This document shows positions 61,080-64,000 of a DNA stretch of 64,000 nt, piece by piece (position 1 is the stretch's first letter; each line of letters starts with the position of its first letter). The stretch is from Mustelus asterias. Lineage: Eukaryota. The notes beneath the pieces were generated by a model. That model was not told the origin of the DNA and ran no database searches. It was given only the letters and a program-made list of their open reading frames with translations. The stretch lies in the NCBI RefSeq assembly GCF_964213995.1, contig NC_135802.1, positions 130,324,001 to 130,388,000 of the forward strand, given 5' to 3'. The position numbers and the translations under genes were made by a program.

Positions 61080-61400
61080 TGGCGGCACAGTGGTTCGCAC
61101 TGCTGCCTCACAGCACCAGGAACCCGGGTTCGATTCGCGGCTTCGGTCACTGTCTGTGTGGAGTTTGCACGTTCTCCCCGTGTCTGTGTGGGTTTCCTCC
61201 GGGTGCCCCAGTTTCCTCCCACAGTCTAAAGATGTGTGGGTTAGTTGGATTGGCCATGCTAAATTGCCCCTTAGTGTCAGGAGAACTAGCTAGGGTAAAT
61301 GCATGGGGTTATGTGGATAGGGCCTGGGTGGGATTGTGGTCGGTGCTGACTTGATGGGCTGAATGGCCTCCTCCTACACTGTGTAGGATTCTATGATTCT
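61080..61400 (+). mobile_element. HE1-like SINE
   Basis: HE1 head, core and tail. Confidence 0.9.
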
Positions 61401-61780
61401 TTCATGGAATGTGAGCATCACTGGCAAGGCCAGTATTTGCTGCCCATTCCTAATTGTTGTTGAACTGAGTGGCTCACCAGGCCATTTCAGAGGGTAGTTA
61501 AGAGTCAATCACATTGCTGTGAGTCTGGAGTCACATGTAGGCCAGACCCGGTAAGGGCGGCAGATTTCCTTCCCTAAAGGACATTGGTGAACCAGATGAG
61601 TTTTTAATGACAATTGATGATGGTTGTCACAGTCATCATTATTGAGACTAGCTTTATATTCCAATATATTAACTGAATTCAAATCTCACTGGCTGCCGTG
61701 GTGGGATTTGAACAAATCTCCCTAGAGTGTTGGCCTGGGCCCCTGGATTAATAGTCCAGTGACATTATTACTGCGCCATG
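61400..61780 (-). mobile_element. second-family tRNA-derived SINE
   Basis: Homologous to 49890-50260. Confidence 0.75.
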
Positions 61781-62479
61781 GTCTGCTTATTTAAGATTGC
61801 CAATTTAAGATTATAATTTGAGTTTGCAATATGGTTCATTAATGCTTGTTAGAAGGCACATGTATTCATATGCAGGATCTGCAGGCAAAAGTAACAAGCT
61901 CAGGCATTGTTTCTATTTTGAATTAAACAAAAGCATGAGGGACAATATGGTGCAGCCTGCATGGAAACGTCTCAAACAGTCAGAGATGACTTGCCAACCA
62001 GAAAATTTGGTGGTGATATGGGAGCGGAATAGGTTAAGACCATGGAATTCCCACCACTGTCCACCATTCCCGACATGGTCTAGGCTCCGGGCCATTTTTC
62101 TGGAGGCCAGGTCAGGTCCAGAACAGGCTGCCTCTCTGTAAGTAGTGGATAATCCATGCATCAATATCGGAGCCTATTTAAGGCCCCTCTCCTGCATAAA
62201 CTGGAAGTTTCCAGTCAGCAGGCTGGTCACCTTCAGTAGTTGAAACATGTTCAGGGAAAGGGAGTGGCCTGGCAGCGGCAGAATGGGATGGGGCAAGGGC
62301 AGTGCTTTAGATAATTCCTAAAACACCCCCGCCACTGCTGATGATGAAAAATAGCCATGGCTGTAGCTGCAGCCTATTCTGTGGAGGTGCTCCCCGCCAC
62401 AAAGGAGTCTGGTAGCTGTGATCAGTTTTGGCTTTCATAAATTTTAAATGTGCTCAGAGGGCCTCTCCATCTTGAGGTG

Positions 62480-62580
62480 CTCTTTTTTTCTCTCTCTCTA
62501 CCTCTCTCTCTCTATCTAACTCTTTCTCTCTACCTCTCTCTCTCTATCTAACTCCCACTCTCTATCTATCTCTCACTCAC
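62480..62580. repeat. (CT)n-rich simple repeat
   Basis: CTCTCTCTACCTCTCTCTCTCTATCTAACT repeated. Confidence 0.85.
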
Positions 62581-63384
62581 CTGCAACAATAGGTTGCAGC
62601 TTTTCTACTGCTGGAGGGCCTCCTATTGAACTTCCAACATTGAGAAGCTGACCATCATCCTTCATTTGGACAGCAGGTGCACCCTCTGCCCATGACTTGG
62701 CCAATCCTACAATCTTGTGCAATGGTGTTGTTTTTGTCAGTTTTGCTTAGGGACTTGCATCACATCCTGACATCAGGGCCTCAATCCCAAATGTTAAACA
62801 TAGTCCTCAATTGGCACTGTGGGTGCAGTTGGACTTTCAACGTGCATTGCAATATTGTTACTGAATAATGATATTGTTAAGAAAGCTTGACCATTTAATG
62901 CCTCAGTTCTTATATTAGTTGTAATTGCTCCATTATATTTAGATGGAATGTAAACTGGATTATAATAACAGTGCTGTAAAATGGTCACCGTTGTTATGGA
63001 AACTGTGTTTATGCCATTTGCTTAATTGCAATATGCACATTACTGTGCAGGACAACAAATCTTTTTAAAGGGACAAAATATTTTCTGAAGGCTGTACGTA
63101 ACCACAGATTGCCACCTAATATTTAAGCATCACCTAGCTTCAGCATTAGGACCTGATGAGGTGATTTACATACTTAAACAGAAGCTTCACTTATAGTCTT
63201 CACCTCAGGTTGTGCATTTTTGACTGTGAGGCATCTCTGAATTGATTACTAGGTGATTTTCACATCTAGACCTCGACCTTGTCAAAAGAGTGGACTTGTG
63301 GGAACCACCCCCAGCTCTGAGGTCAGGGCCTCTGATGCAGTCAAAAATGGCAATGGGTTTGAGCAGATCAGGAATAGCAAAAAA

Positions 63385-63700
63385 GTGCATTTATGTAGCA
63401 CCTTTAACACAGCAAGATGTCACAAAGATGTTTGTAAAAGTGTCATCAGCCAAAATTTGTTATCAGGCCTTATGAAGAGACACTAGCAGAGTAACTTCAT
63501 TGCAGTGTTAATGTAAGCCTACTTGTGACACTTATGAATAAACTCTAAAAAATAAACACAGGTGGCTGAATGCTTGGACAAAGAGGTAATTTCTTCGGAT
63601 CACCCTAAAGCGGGAGAAAAAGGTGGAGAAATTCAGGGCAGGAGTTCCAGGACTTAGGACCTAGGTGGTTGAAAGCATGGTTTCCAATGGTGAAGTGATT
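63385..63700 (-). mobile_element. L2 3' end with an inserted alternative-tail SINE/LINE remnant (~63490-63545)
   Basis: GCATTTATGTAGCACCTTTAAC..GCTTGGACAAAGAGGTA..GAGTTCCAGGACTTAGG. Confidence 0.6.
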
Positions 63701-64000
63701 GTTACACACCTCATTAAACATGGGACAATAGTGCCTCTCTCCTGAATGTTGGAACATCTAAAGTTTGTGGGACCTGGCTGCGCACAACTGACCACTACAA
63801 TTCCTATAGGACACCAATGCACTTTAATAAGTAACAAATTGACTGCAATGTACTTTGGGATGTCCTGAGGGTGCGAAAGGTATTACTTAAATGTAGGGTG
63901 GGATTCTCCGGCCGCACTTGCCCCAAAACCAGAGAATCCTGCCCGAGGTGAATGGACCTTTGCATGGTAGCCCCCCCCCCCCCCCCACCACCCCTGGGCC

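Overview
Eukaryotic (vertebrate) genomic DNA, almost certainly from an elasmobranch (shark), judged by its repeat families: HE1-type V-SINEs, CR1/HER1-type LINEs, Deu-domain SINEs and Rex1/Babar LINEs. I could not support any intact host gene or confident exon, so the window reads as intergenic or deep-intronic and is dominated by repeats. It holds about 23 HE1-like SINEs, two large CR1 LINEs and many fragments, L2 and Rex fragments, a deleted Gypsy LTR element and a solo LTR. It also holds PIF/Harbinger relics (Myb/SANT gene and transposase) with related MITEs, a hAT relic, Penelope-like hairpin elements carrying minimal hammerhead-ribozyme motifs, minisatellites, and several unique AT/TAAT-rich blocks resembling conserved non-coding enhancers. 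The most unusual signals are two ~100-120 bp insertions copied from neighbouring chromosomal DNA. One forms the loop of a hammerhead-bearing Penelope-like hairpin and is a mosaic of two local templates. The other is an inverted local copy inside CR1 ORF1. All family names come from recognising motifs by eye, with no database search, and repeat boundaries are approximate unless a TSD is quoted.
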